From Prorocentrum cordatum (taxonomy: Eukaryota): a stretch of 64,000 bases of DNA. The notes beneath the pieces were generated by a model. The model ran no database searches. It saw nothing but the letters and a program-made list of their open reading frames with translations, and was not told where the DNA came from. A program made the translations under genes and the position numbers. Below, in pieces: positions 13,224 to 25,622 of the stretch. Numbering within the stretch: the first letter of the stretch is position 1; each line of letters opens with the position of its first letter. Location: positions 434,001 to 498,000 of the forward strand of contig CAUYUJ010000281.1 in assembly GCA_963575745.1 (NCBI GenBank), written 5' to 3'.

Positions 13224-14612
13224 CTGGCAGGAGCCCGGCGGCACGTAGATGCCGGGGCGCAGCAAGAGGAGGACGGCAACGAAGAGGAGGAGGAGGAGGA
13301 GCAGGAGGAGGAGGAGGGGAAGGAGGAGGAGGATCCTTTTGGAGGAGGAGGAGGCGGAGGAAGATGACAACGAGGAGGAGGAGGAGGAGGAGGAGCGAGC
13401 GAGTGGAGACAAGGACGACAGATGCCGGCGGGACGACAGGCTTAAGTCCTGGCAGCGATGGCGCTGGCGCGGTGTGGCGGCGGTCGCGGCTGGCCGCAGC
13501 AGGATGGCGACGAGAAGGAGTAGGAGGAGGACCCTTCCTGCTCTTGCTTGGCTGCCACCGCCACGTGTCTCTGCTGTGCTGTTCTCTTGCTGCCCCTCCC
13601 GCGTGGAGCCTCCCACGTGTCTCTGCTGCTGTTCTCTCCGGCCTGTGCGGGGGAGCGGGCTGCCCGCCAACTGACGCATCGAGCGCTCGCACCCGCGGCT
13701 TGGCCGAGAAAACGAGGATGATGATGAGGAGGAGGAAAAGGAGGAGGAGGATAAGGAGGAGGAGGAGGAGGAGGAGGAGGAGAAGAAGGAGGAGTAGGAG
13801 TAGGAGTAGGAGTAGGAGTAGGAGGAGGAGGAGGAGGAGACGAGAGGAGGGAGGAGAGGAGGAGGAGGAGGAAGAGGAGGACAACGAGGAGAAGGAAGAG
13901 GAGGAGGAGGATGAGGATGATGATGAGGAGGAGAAGGAGGAGGAGGCTTATGAGTGGGAGAAGGATGATGAGGGCCGAGCCCGAGGCGTGCTGTCACATT
14001 GCCTTTCTTCTGCGACGCTGTCGTCCACAACGCCCCAGACGGCTGTCCTGCGCTGCCTGCCACACGCCCGCCTCCCGTGCGGCGCTGCGCGCTGGCGCTC
14101 GCAGCTGGCACAGGTGACTGGGCTCCTTCAGCACTGGCGCGCCCCCTCTCACGCGTCGCCTGCTCCCCCCTGGGCCGCGCACGCCGACATCCACGAGACG
14201 CGCCCGCTCCCACCGAGCCCTGCGCCGGGAGGCGATCCCTCGCGCATTCCCGGCAGACCGCGCCTCCCCCCCCCGGAGCACCGCTCGCGCTCGGCACCGT
14301 CCGCGGTGGCGCCGGCGGCCAGGGCCGGCGTGGCGTGCCTCTGCGCGCAAGCAGGCAGGCCACTGCAGAGGGTGTCGCGGAGCTCGGGCCGGGGACCCCT
14401 TGGAGGAGGCAGAAGGGCGCGGAGGCCGATGACGCAGCCGAGCGGGCGCATCCAGACGGCGGAGACACTCCGAGGGGCGCCAGTGCGGATGGAGCCCCCG
14501 CTTGTAAGCGCACTGGCCCCGACCAGGTTCTGGGATCGGAGCCGCCGAAGGTCTCATGCGCAAACAGGGGAGGAGCAAGGTTTCTACCATCCTTATCCAG
14601 GGGAACAGGAAT

Positions 14613-14768
14613 TAGGTCGGACGTGTCCCCCTACAGGCGGATGTTGGACGAGAAATGAGGTACCACAAAACTACTCAAACATATTCAAAAATAGTCCAAG
14701 CATCGTCCCAAAACTATGTTTGACGATTGTGGAATCTACTCTTCCTGTAGAGGGACGTGCCCGACTCA
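14613..14768. mobile_element. MITE family C, copy 2
   Basis: taggtcggacgtgtccccctacagg ... cctgtagagggacgtgcccgactca form inverted ends. Confidence 0.75.
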
Positions 14769-15383
14769 AAACAAGGAGCGGCATGAAGATACACGTCTGG
14801 CGGTCCGCGCGGAATTCGTGGCTGGGCGCGCGGAGCGCGTCAGAGGGCGGTGCCCGAGGCGCCGCCAGGGGGGGGGGGGTCGCAAAGATCCAAGAAAACT
14901 GCGCGGACCTCCGAGGAGTTTCTGTCAGAGCGAGGGGGCCGAACGGTCATTCACTGCCCTTGGGTGCGCGGCTGAAGTGGGATTCCGCGATGCGGACTTT
15001 TGTTGTCGTTTGCCTGTTGTTGTTTGGCGCCGTCCCCCCCGCGACCCGGCCCGCGACCCGCCCGCGACCCGGCCCGCGACCCACCCCGCGACCCTTCCGC
15101 GAGCCAAGAAATCTGCGCGGAGCGCCAAAAGTTTATGGTTATGCACTTTGGCTCGTCTTCCATGCTCCCTCCTCTCCCGCAGCGACATTCGACTCGTCTT
15201 CGTCTTCGATGTTTTCCCTCGTCTCCGTCTTCGGTGCTCGTCTTCGTCTTCGTTCTCGTCCCTGCCGTCCCTCTCGATTCTCCCTCGCCTTCGTCTCCAG
15301 CTTTCGTCTCTAATTCCCCATCAACAACTGCGTCCTGCCATGGACGCTCTAGGGCCGCGCCTCCGAAGCTGTGGGCGATCGAC

Positions 15384-15463
15384 CTGTCGCCCTGTATCCT
15401 CGCGGATCCAGAGCAGATGCTTGCCCTGTTGCACCGTGACGCCTGGCTTCTGTGCAGCGCAGC
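15384..15463 (-). CDS. Candidate micro-exon (CAAQKPGVTVQQGKHLLWIREDTGRQ)
   Basis: ttttccAG|G acceptor, CAG|GT donor, open frame. Confidence 0.35.
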
Positions 15464-15989
15464 CTGGAAAACATCGGGGGGGGAGAAAACGGTGGGACAG
15501 CAAAGGGCAGGGTAGAGAATCAGCTGACGCAGCTGGATTTCATGGCGCCACCTGGCGCCGGGAGGGGCCAATGCATCGAGACATGGGCCTGGCGGCGGGC
15601 CGAAACTGGCTGCAAGCGGCAGATTTCGTAAACCCGCTTTTCTCCATCCTGCCCGTTCGTCTGGCCCGAAATGAATGAATAGCAGCCGTGCTCATGGGCA
15701 GGTTGGCGAGAAAAGCCCTGCAAGTCTCCTGCTGTGATTCTCGCAACGCGCTGCTGCTACACGAGAGAGGCACGGAGAATCGCACCGCCAAGCTGTAACG
15801 CAAACTTGAATCTGGATTTCGTGCGAAGCAGAGATCTAGTGAGCTGTGTGCGCAATGGTGCGCCCGAGTGTCGAAATTATGTCCACGGAAATAAAACATT
15901 AGCTGGGAAAAACAACACCCCCCTAATTAACACGGGGCGACAGTAAACTGGACCGCCCAACACACGAAAACACATTGAGGGACCTGCAG

Positions 15990-16870
15990 TAACCCTGCCA
16001 CTAGGGTCCTCGGTGGAGCCCCCTATGAAGGCACGAAACGTGTGAGAGTCTGCCGAGAGGCGGGTACCCATGTAAATCCTGCCAGTGGGGCCCTCGGTGG
16101 AGCCCCCTTATGGGGCCACGAAGCGTGTGAGGGGTACGGCGAGACGAGGCGAGTACCCATGTGAACCCTTCCACTGGGGCCCTCGGTGTAGCCCCCCTAT
16201 GGGGCGACGAAACTTGTGAGGGGTCTGCCAAGATGAGGCGGGTACCCATGTGAACCCTGCCACGGTACGCATGCGAACTGGGGCCTTCGGTGGAGATCCC
16301 TATGGGGCCACGAAGCGTGTGAGGGTTCTGCCAAGATGAGGCGGGTACCCGTGTGAACACTGCCACTGGGGCCCTCGGTGGAGCTCCCCATGGAGCCACG
16401 AAACGTGTGAGGGGTCTGCCGAAACGTGGCAGGTACCCATATGAACCCTGTCACTGGGGCCCTCGGTGGAGCCCCCTATGAGGCACGAAGCGTTCGATCT
16501 GCCGAAATGTGGCACCAATGAAACCCTGCCGCTGGGGCCCTCGTTGGAGCCCCCTATGGGGCTACGAAGCGCGTGAGGGGTCTGCCAAAATGGGGTGGGC
16601 AACGGTGTGAACCCCGCCACTGGGGCCCTCGGTGAAGCCCCCTATGGGTCCACGAAACGTGCGAGGAGTCGGCCGAAATGGGGCGGGTACCCATGTGAAC
16701 CCTGCCACTGGAGGCCTCGGTGATGCACCCGATGGGGCCACGGAACGTGTGAGGGGTCTGCCGAAGTGCAAAAAGTCAAAGCATGAGGCCTCCTGCACTG
16801 CTGGAGCCGTCGCTGGGGCCTTCGGTGGATCTCCTTAGGAAGGCACGAACCGTGTGAGGGGTGTGGCGAA
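15990..16870 (+). repeat. ~88-bp tandem satellite, about 10 copies
   Basis: The core gggccctcggtggagccccctatggggccacgaa.cgtgtgaggggtctgcc recurs at ~16004, 16087, 16176, 16280, 16368, 16456, 16534, 16622, 16710 and 16815. Confidence 0.92.
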
Positions 16871-17403
16871 CATTGTGACGATAATGATGAGGGTGGTGAT
16901 TGATACCAAGATGATGATGCTGACGAGGAGGAGGAGGAGGAGGAGGAGGAGGAGGAGGAGGAGGAGGAGGAGGAGGAGGAGGAGGAGGAGGAGGAGGAGG
17001 GCAGGAGGAGGAGGAGGATGAGGAGGAGGAGGAGGAGGAGGAGGAGGAGGAGGAGGAGAGTATGTGGAGAAGGAAAAGGAGGAGGATACGCGCGGCGCTG
17101 CGAATTCAAACCGAGGACCCAACTCCACAGGAGGATTAGGGAAAACGCAAAAGTCGAGTTACAAACGACAATGCTGGAACAAAGTCTGGTGAGTCTTGAA
17201 AACCAGCCTCGAAAGAAGGAATCGGGAAAGCAAGCCTGGCCTGGAGACATCATGGCGGCCTGACGTATTTGTTTACTGGTTGCTTGAACGGCGCAGATAT
17301 TAGCCCCTTCTTCCTGCCACTCTGCCATCCTATTCCTCTTCCAGCTGGGGGGCGCAACACTAAATCAAGGAGCGCATCGCTCCTTGTGATCTGAACGAGA
17401 TGC

Positions 17404-17457
17404 CTCCATTGAGCTGAGCACATCCACCAGATCGTCCGTGCATATCTTCTTGCCGGC
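17404..17457 (-). CDS. Candidate micro-exon (AGKKICTDDLVDVLSSME)
   Basis: CAG|G acceptor, GAG|GC donor, 54 nt in phase 0. Confidence 0.4.
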
Positions 17458-17981
17458 CTGAGGCGGATATGCAAGGGAGAGAATGATGCAGAAATGCTGC
17501 GGTGGCCAGTCAGCGCGCGCTGAAGGATGAAACGAAGGTGGGCTTAGGGAGCGGAAGAGATGAAATAATAAGGGGAGGAGAGGGGAGATTGGTGAGGGGC
17601 CTGGGATCGGTAAGGGGCTCGGGACGGAGAAAGGGCGAGGGAAGAGGGGAAATGGCTAGGATTGCTGACGGTCTCCTCTTACCATTCCCCTCCTTCCTTC
17701 CGTCCGCTTCCCCTCTGCCGTCCTCCTCCTGCCTTCTCCCCCTTCTTCTCCCCTTGCCCTCCTCCTCCTCCTCCTCCTCCTCCTCCTCCTGCTGCCCTCC
17801 CTCCTCCCCCTGTTGGAGCCAGGGGCCCGGAAGCCTGAAGGTGGAGGCGACCGGTGGCTGCCAGCGGAGCACCGGAGATCTGGCCGGTCCGTCCCTGATC
17901 ACCCCTCTGGGCGCGGGAGGAGCGAGCCCGCAGCCCCCTCGGCTGGCCGGCCGGACGCGGGATGCGCGCCTGGCTTGGACG

Positions 17982-18084
17982 CCCGAATTATCCGGGGTAA
18001 CTCGGGTCCGGGATAACTTGGGTTCGGATTCCCGAAAAACGAACCCGAGATAGCCCTGACCCGAGTTACCCCTGATGATTCGGG
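17982..18084. repeat. Hairpin / foldback with ~45-bp arms and a 13-nt loop
   Basis: cccgaattatccggggtaactcgggtccgggataacttgggttcg versus reverse-complemented right arm cccgaatcatcaggggtaactcgggtcagggctatctcgggttcg. Confidence 0.85.
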
Positions 18085-18253
18085 GCTCTGACTGGCCCCG
18101 CAGACCTCATGCGGCCGGCGCCGCGGCGCCTGCCCAAGGGAGGCCGGTGCCCGGAGGGGGTGGCGCCGCGGCCGAAGCGGATCCGTGCTGTGCGCCCTGC
18201 GCCTGGCGGCTGGCCCGGCGCTGGGGAAGGGGCGCGCCCGGGGGCCCCACCTT

Positions 18254-18419
18254 TGAAGGGGCCCCAGGACACACAAATAAATACACACAAATGAAAAGAT
18301 ACCCCATATTTCCCATATTTTTGGGGTTTTCGTCTTCCCCCCCACACCCCATATTTTCCCATCATATTTTCTGGGGAATCGAGGATTAATTGTGTCTGTG
18401 TGTTTTTGTCCCCCCCTGA
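18254..18419 (+). mobile_element. Family A, copy 2
   Basis: Same sequence as 11808-11977. Confidence 0.85.
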
Positions 18420-18500
18420 ACCTTGGCTGCGCCATGGCCCTCGGGCGCACTGTGCCGTTCTCGGCCGCCGCCAGCCTCAGCCTCCATCCCATGTTCCTTA

Positions 18501-18672
18501 CACTCGGGGCGTTGACCTGAGGAACAGTAAGGAACGAGGCCCCTTTTTCCCATAAGTGAAACCTCGACTTCCCATGGAACACCTGAGAAAAACACAAGGC
18601 AAGCTGCAAAACAATCAAGGAACACACAGCCCCTCCCCAACGAAAAGGGTTCCTTCTTCAGGGCCCCGGCTG
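18501..18672 (+). mobile_element. Tc1/mariner-type MITE family B, copy 1 (TA target-site duplication)
   Basis: TA|cactcggggcgttga ... ttcagggccccggctg|TA; internal sequence shared with 25006-25182 and 37838-38012. Confidence 0.88.
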
Positions 18673-19658
18673 TATAGATCAATGCTCCGGGTCGCACCCC
18701 GAGGCGTGTCGGTAGGGCGGGCCGCGGGCTTCGCAAGAGAATTCCTCACCACTTCTGGTCCGTAAGCTGAACATTCGAATGAACCTTAAGGACGTTTGTT
18801 ATCAACCTGTGGCTCTCGCGCTGGCTCCGCGCACATTCTGTCTGAACCATTGAAGCAGTTTCACGGGTGGAGGGCGGGCCGTGTTCAAACTGTAGCTATC
18901 GCGCTGGCGCGGCGAACATACTTTCTGAGCCGTTATAAAAGCTGCACGCAACGAGCGCTCCGTGCAATGCAGACGCGACCTTGGGGGACCTGGGACGGCA
19001 GGGTTACTGCAGCATCGTTGATGCGTCCTGCGTGTGCTCTGGTCCCCCTCCTCCTCCACAGCCTCGTCCCCCTCCATCTGCACCTCTTCCCAACCTCCTC
19101 CTCCCTCTCCTCCCCCTCCTCTTCCCTTCCTCCCCCTCCCCGTCCCCGTCTTCCTGTCTCTTGCCCCCTCCTCCCCCCCCTCCTCCTCGCTGCCTGCCCC
19201 TCTCATTCCCCCCCCACTCCCACTTGCCCCCCCCCCTTCCCTTCCCTTCCTCCCCGCCCCTTGCCGTCATTCCCGCCTTCTGGCTCCCAGGCCAGACCCC
19301 AGAACGCACGACTCGGCCCAGGGCTTGGGCAGCGGAGGGGGGGGGCAGCCTTGGCCTCGTCGACGGCGACCATCGCCGCGGCCTTCTCCTGGCATCGAGG
19401 TGCGCCGCTGCACGAGCGCCGAGATGCGGGAGGGAGGAGGGGCGAGGAGGCGGCGCCAGGCGGGCACGCGCTTCCAGGCGCTGGCGGTGCCAGCCCGCTG
19501 CGCACCACCCAGCTCGATGGCCGCATCAGCGGCACGTGTCACTCGGCGGGGGTTCTCGCCCCGAAGGTCCTCGAGGATTCGCGGCCCGCGGCAGGCAGGG
19601 GTCGCTTCTCCATGGCCAGGAGGGGGGGGGGGGGGGGGGGGGCAAGTGGCGAGGACAG

Positions 19659-19990
19659 GAACCACGAAGGACTCGAAGGACTGGACAGACGGATGGACGC
19701 CCGCATACGCGCCGAGGCCGAGCGCGTGGCCAGAGAGCAGGTGGCTGACGAATCGCTGACGAAGCCGCGCGGCGGAGGACACATACGGCGCGGACGAGCA
19801 CGCCCACGCCGTGTGTGCTTACGGAACGTGTGCTCGGCACCGACACAGGCGCAGAGGACACCAGGGGCGCCGTCGCAGCTCGCGGCTTGGGCCCCCGGGG
19901 AGGGGGGAGTGCCGCAACCTGCAGCACGCCACGAGCATACCCATCTTGGCGGGGCTGGAGGAGCCGGCCGTCGCGCAGCTCAGGGCGAAG
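19659..19990 (+). CDS. Two candidate phase-compatible micro-exons, 19659-19740 (NHEGLEGLDRRMDARIRAEAERVAREQ) and 19925-19990 (HATSIPILAGLEEPAVAQLRAK)
   Basis: AG acceptors, AG|GT donors and an in-frame junction; product unknown. Confidence 0.4.
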
Positions 19991-20712
19991 GTCAGGCAAG
20001 GCTAGAGCCCATGCTGCTGCGGGGAATCGGCCTCGCCCCCAGCGGTGTCGCACGCCCAGGGAGAGAGGCTGGGAGACAGACCGGAAAAGGTGAACATGGA
20101 GACGAGGGGGCGGGAGAGGCGAGAGGGTGAGGGGCCGGCATCCCGCACCGAGGCGCGCCCCTGCACACGTGTGGCGTTACAGGAAGAGGGATGGGGGCGA
20201 GAGGGAGGGGGGACGGTGAGGCGGGGCGAGGCGGAGAGAGACGATGAGGGAGGAGGAGGAGGAGGAGGAGGAGGAGGAGGAGGAGGAGGACGAGGAGGAG
20301 GGGAGGTGGGAGAAGGACGAAGGGCGCGGATGAGGAGGGTCGATGATGACGATGATGATGAGGACAAGAAGGAGGAGGAGGAAGAGGAGGAGGAGGATCA
20401 GGATGATGATGATGAGGAGGAGCAGGACGAGTAGGATAAGAGAAGGAGGCGAGGAAGGAGAAGGAGCAAGGGAAGAAGGGCGAGGATGATGATGAGGAGG
20501 AGCGATACAGAAGTAGGAGGTGCAGTGGGGGGATAATGAGGGGTCGCGATGAGGGGTGGGGTGAACAGGGGGGCTGGGATGAGGGCCACGGAGAAGGAGG
20601 AGGAGGAGGAGGCGGATGAGAAGAAGTGGGAATTCAAACATGAACCCAGCGCGAACCCAATTATGGGATAGTGTCCTATTGCATGGGCGCATTGCTAGGC
20701 ATTGCGTGGCAT

Positions 20713-20842
20713 TGGAACCCGAGGAACCCGAGGAACCTCCAAGCAACGAAGAACCCGAGGAACCTCCCGAGGAACCTCCCGAGGAACCTGAGGAACCCGA
20801 GGAACGGGGCGGGGAACCCGAGGAACCCGAGGGACCTCCGAG
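20713..20842. repeat. 9/12-bp minisatellite (gaggaaccc / gaggaacctccc)
   Basis: Directly visible tandem units. Confidence 0.85.
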
Positions 20843-22214
20843 CAACGGACAAAGTAGCCCCCCGAGGCACCAACCTTCGCCCAAGTAAGAACGCCATAGA
20901 CAAGCCGAATTCGAGAACAAGACTGAGACCGTCTTCGTACCTACCACGCAAATTATTCCTCATCCCTCCCCGTTCCCTCCCACCTCATCGTCATGTCCTC
21001 TTCCTCCCACCTCTCCTTCCTCAACCTTCCCTCTATCCTCCCCCTTCTCATTCGTCCTCCACCTCCTTCCCCCTCCATCCTGTACTCCTCCTTGGTCCCC
21101 CCCGTTCCTCATCCTTCTCTTCGTTCCCCCTCCCTCCTCCTCCACCATCTCTCCTCCCTCCATTTCTCCCCACCCTGCCTCGTCATCACTCTCCTCGGAC
21201 CCCGTCCTTTTCCTTTTCATCTTCCGTTTCATCCTCCTTTTCGTGCTCCGCCCTCTTCCTCTATTTGTCTTCCCCCCTACCCTGCCCGCAAGGGAGGATC
21301 TTCCCCATATTCCTCCTACTCCTCCTCCACCTCCTCCTGGAGCGTCATTGGCCTTCGTGCGGCCACCTGCAGCGGCTCTTAAGCCTCAACGGCGACGACG
21401 ACGGCGAACCCGACGACAACCGCCACGATGACGACGTAGACGACGTCCTGGGACGGGACGGCGACCTCTGCAGGTCTCCGAAGTCCCCCCGCAAGTCCCT
21501 GGGTGCCCCTGGCGACCTCGCAAGTCTCAGGAGGCCTCCGGGAAGGGGCAGAAGAAGACCCCCAAGCGCCCCAAACGCCCTGCTTCCCCTGTCCTCCTGT
21601 CCCTCCCTCCCTGCCGGCGACGACAGCGACGGGCGCCGCCAAGCGCCCCATAGGCTATGCCTGCTCTTTCCTCCTATCCCTCCCTCCTTCCCGGCGGCGA
21701 CAGCGACGGACGCCGTCTCCTCCCTCGGGTGGCCATGAAGCCTCTCGTCCACCATGTCCGCGACGGCCGCCTCCACAGCCTGCGGCGCGGTCGGGAGCGA
21801 GAGCGTCGCCGTCGTTGTCGCCGAGAGGACGGAGAGGAGGAGAGGGACTTGCACCGAGCGCTCCAGCGAGCGGTCAGAGAGGAGGAGGAGGAGGAGGAGG
21901 AGGAGGAGGAGGAGGAGGAGGAGGAGGAGGAGGAGGAGGAGGAGGAGGAGGAGGAGGAGGAGGAGGAGGAGGAGGAGGAGGAGGAGGAAGGAGGAGAAGG
22001 AGGATGAGCAAGAGGGAGGAGGGAGGAGGAGCAGGAGGAGGAGGAGGAGGAGGAGGAGAGGAGGAGGAGGATGAGCAGGACAGCAGGGAGGCAGCAGGAG
22101 GAACAGGAGGAAGAGGAGGGGGCGGTTGAAGGACGGCGGCGGCGGCGGCAGCAGCAGCAGCTGCATCTACCGTCTTGGCCTGCGCGCTGAAGGCCTCCGC
22201 CCTCGCGCCGGCGC

Positions 22215-22445
22215 CCGGGATCAGGCCCTTCGTAAAGCTCTGGAGGTGTTCGCCTCCGTTCTTGGCGGGTGGCTTACACACCTGGGCTAAATTGATGATC
22301 GACCTATCCACTCCTGCTTGGCCGGTGGCTTACACTCCTTTCTTGGCGGGTGGTTTACACCCCTTTCTTACGGGATCAGGCGCTCGCCTCCTTTCTTGGC
22401 GGGTGGCTTACACTCCTGGCCTAGCTTGCGCATCGACCTATCCAT
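22215..22445. repeat. Local duplication built from a ttcttggcgggtggcttacac motif (4 copies)
   Basis: The motif occurs at ~22259, 22317, 22340 and 22392; atcgacctatcca closes two larger units. Confidence 0.7.
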
Positions 22446-22449
22446 GTTG

Positions 22450-24420
22450 TGCACGCCCAACAATCTGCAACATCAAACGAATACCGGACTGCGTGATATG
22501 GGCGCACGGTACGAATCTGGAGAGGGGCGACCAGGGAAGAGGACGGGGCAGCAGCGGGATCGATGGGGACACGCGGGGTGCCGAGCCATTTGGCCTCACC
22601 TGCTTGCGCTGGCTCTTGGTGGCGTAGCGCAAACGGAGTCCTACATCCATCAAAGCTCAAACTGGGGCGATTGGGGGGGGAGCCAAACGCCTTCTCAAGG
22701 AGGGATTGGCTAGTCTGGCCAACCCGTTCTAAATCTCTGGCTCGTTCTCTCTGCCCCTCAGGGTCGTGACCATCAGCAGCGACAATGGATGCTGCGAGGC
22801 GGTCCCCAAACTGCTTCGCGACAGCGTCCACTCCAAGGACGCTGCTCGCGATGTCGGATCTATCTGCGCTAAACGGTCAGCTCCGATGTTGGCCAACCGG
22901 AAAAAAACAGTGGGAAACCCCTCGGGCCCGCAAAGTCAAAGCACAGCAACAACGAATGCGTGCCCAAATCGCGTCCATGGAAGCGACGCTGACCCATTTG
23001 ACTGAGTAGGAGACGTAGCTGCAGCTTCAAGCTCTGAAGCTCCACGCGGAACGAGAAAATATTGCTGCGAAGCTACTGAAGCGGCGGGACCACCACCAGC
23101 CCCACCGTGTCCAGCGGGAAGGTGAACATTTGGAGTTCGCCGTGGGTTGCATTGTTGAAAAGAGGCTGACCTGCCAGACTAGGGCCCAGCTCTTTTCATG
23201 GGGCCACTGTCCCGAGCAGCTTGCCAACGTTGAAGGTGTCCATGCGAGTCAGCTCGCTGCTATGGATGCCTGTCACGGTTTAGATGGTCAGCGGGCTTGT
23301 CACGATGTCGGTGTCTCCGCTGCTGCAGTACTTTGAGTCTTTGGTTGGCTTGAACACACCCGTCTCTGTCGATGACGTGGCGAATGCTGTCTGCGTCAAT
23401 TCTCACGTATGCTGCTTCGGCGGATAGCTGCGTCCATGGCTGCAATCGCGACGGAGTGAGGTATAGCTTGGCGCCAAAATCCTGGAGACTCCGTGAATCA
23501 GTGGGATGTTGCCGATGCTGAGGCGTAACAGCACGTGCAGATCGACCGTATCTTCAAGTGGTTCGTCCACCAGCAGCCTACTTAAGCGTGGCGTGACTAG
23601 CTGCTGCTAGGACGCCAACGGGCTGCTCGGTGCGCAGCGGCTGGCCAGGCTCGCACACGGCCTTGGCTTTGTGATCAACATGGGACGCCAGGACACGGAG
23701 CGTCAATGCTCCTCCTGCACGGCTCACCGCCGATCGCACAATCGGCGGTATTGGATTCGCTCGGGGGTGCGGGGCCCAGCAAGTGGATAGGAGAAGAGGA
23801 GAAGTCAAGGAGGCGACGAAGGACGGGACAGGTGAGGTAATGAGCGATCGCGTCGGGCACATCGGCGCATCCGAGCAGGCAGGATGCGGTGTCACATACG
23901 TGCATACGGTGAGAAGTCGTCCACCCTCCTGCGAGGGTTGAGAGCACTGACCATTGCCAAGCAGGGCGCTGCGCCCGCAAGACCGAAAGACAATCCGCCC
24001 ACCGTTTCCCGACCGACTCCGTTATCAGCTGCAGCAAACCTCATGCACGCAGTCGCTTGCTAATGGTGAGCAGGAAATCAGGGGGGGATGAGGGAGCGAC
24101 GCAAGGAGGCGGAGAAGATACGCTGCACCTCAGCTTTGCGACCAGCTGCACACGCGATCCCTGCGCTCATCGCGAGCGGCGGAAGCGGCATTCATCCATT
24201 GAGCGTCGGCCACGCTCGGGTCAGTAGCACGCCCCTGGAGCGATAGCAATCATTGCAGGATGCCCTGCGAGATCTTCCACCACGTCCCGCTGCATGCCTG
24301 CTGGAGCCAGGCAGCACGCGGCACGTCTCTCCCCGCCTGCTTCGGCCAGGAGCGGAGATCTTCTTCCCACCCCGTCCGGGTGGGATGCGCGCAGCGCCAC
24401 AGACTCGCCACGGTGAAAAG
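22450..24420 (-). mobile_element. Decayed 3' fragment of a LINE, same type as the element at 61.2-64 kb
   Basis: WQWSVLSTLAGGWTTSHRMH...CLLGC...DAIAHYLTC (23675-24037) parallels WVWAALRTWCDGWLTSSRI...CALGC...SLLHYSRC in the 61230-63944 ORF; ASLWRCAH near 24400 parallels ASLLRAAAH. Stops and frameshifts are present. Confidence 0.7.
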
Positions 24421-24674
24421 CCGCGCGGGTGTTGGTGAGATGAGCGCGTGATCCTTAAATGCGGGAAGACCCGCCTTTCGGAAAGGTGCCCAGAGGAAGG
24501 CGCAGAACTCTGTGTAATGCGAAGTTCTCCTTCAGCAGCGAATGCCGCGGGATCGGGTAGAGCTGCGCGAGATAACTCAACACAAAAAGGGCAGTGCTGC
24601 TATACCTATACGACCACCCTTCGGGTGATGAGGAGGTTGTGTGGGGGGGTGAGTTGGGGGAACCAACATCTGAC

Positions 24675-25622
24675 TCAATCGATCTTTCGATCGATCTCAC
24701 ACCACGGGACACCACGGGACACCACGGGACACTTGTCTATCTCACAATCGATTTTATTTGACCTCACTCAACGGGACACCACGGGACACCACGGGACACT
24801 TGTCGATCTCACAATCGATTTTATTTGACCTCACTCAACGGGACACCGCGGGACCCCATGGGCCACCATGGGACACCTCTCGATCTCGCTATCGATCTCA
24901 CTCGACGGGACACCATAGGACACCACGGGACACCACGTGACAACACGGGACACCACATCGATCTTACTATCGATATCACTATCGATCTCAGTCTCACTAT
25001 CGATACAGTCGGGGCGTTGACCTAAGGAACCCAAAATTAAGGAACGAGGCCCCTTTTTCCCAGAAGTTAAACTTCGATTTCCGATCGAAAACATAAGGAA
25101 AACCCACGGCAAACTGTGAAACACTTAAGGAACGCGGAGCCCCTCCCCAACGAAAAGGGTTTCTTCTTCAAGGCCCAGACTGTATCACTCAATGGGACAC
25201 CACGGAACACCACGGGACACCTGTCGATCTTCCTATCGATCTCACTATCGATCTCACTTTTTGGAACACCACGGGACACCTCGGGGCACCACATCGATCT
25301 CAATATCGATCTCGCTATCGATCTCACGTTCGATCTCACTCAACGGGACACCACGGGACACCACGGGACACCTGTCGATCTCACTATCGATCTCACTTTT
25401 TGGAACACCACGGGACACCACGGGACTCCTCGGGACACCCCATCGATCTCAGTATTGATCTCAGTATCGGTCTCACAATCGATCTCACTACCGATGTCAC
25501 TCAACGGGACACCACGGGACACCGCCGGACGGACGGACGGACGGACGGCCAGGCGGGGGAGAATGATTTGTTTTGACGTCGCCCTCGCAACGGCGGACAC
25601 CACGGGACACCACGGGACACCG
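24675..25622. repeat. Compound minisatellite of 10-bp ACGGGACACC and 12-bp ATCGATCTCACT units
   Basis: Alternating blocks of both units are directly visible; the array is interrupted by a MITE. Confidence 0.9.
25006..25182 (+). mobile_element. MITE family B, copy 2, inserted in the minisatellite
   Basis: TA|cagtcggggcgttga ... ttcaaggcccagactg|TA. Confidence 0.9.

Noticed and set aside
15990..16870. CRISPR-like regular array
   Set aside because: The whole unit repeats with no unique spacers, no cas genes are present, and the context is eukaryotic.
20616..20888. EEPEEP repeat protein
   Set aside because: It is a 9/12-bp minisatellite that is open in multiple frames.
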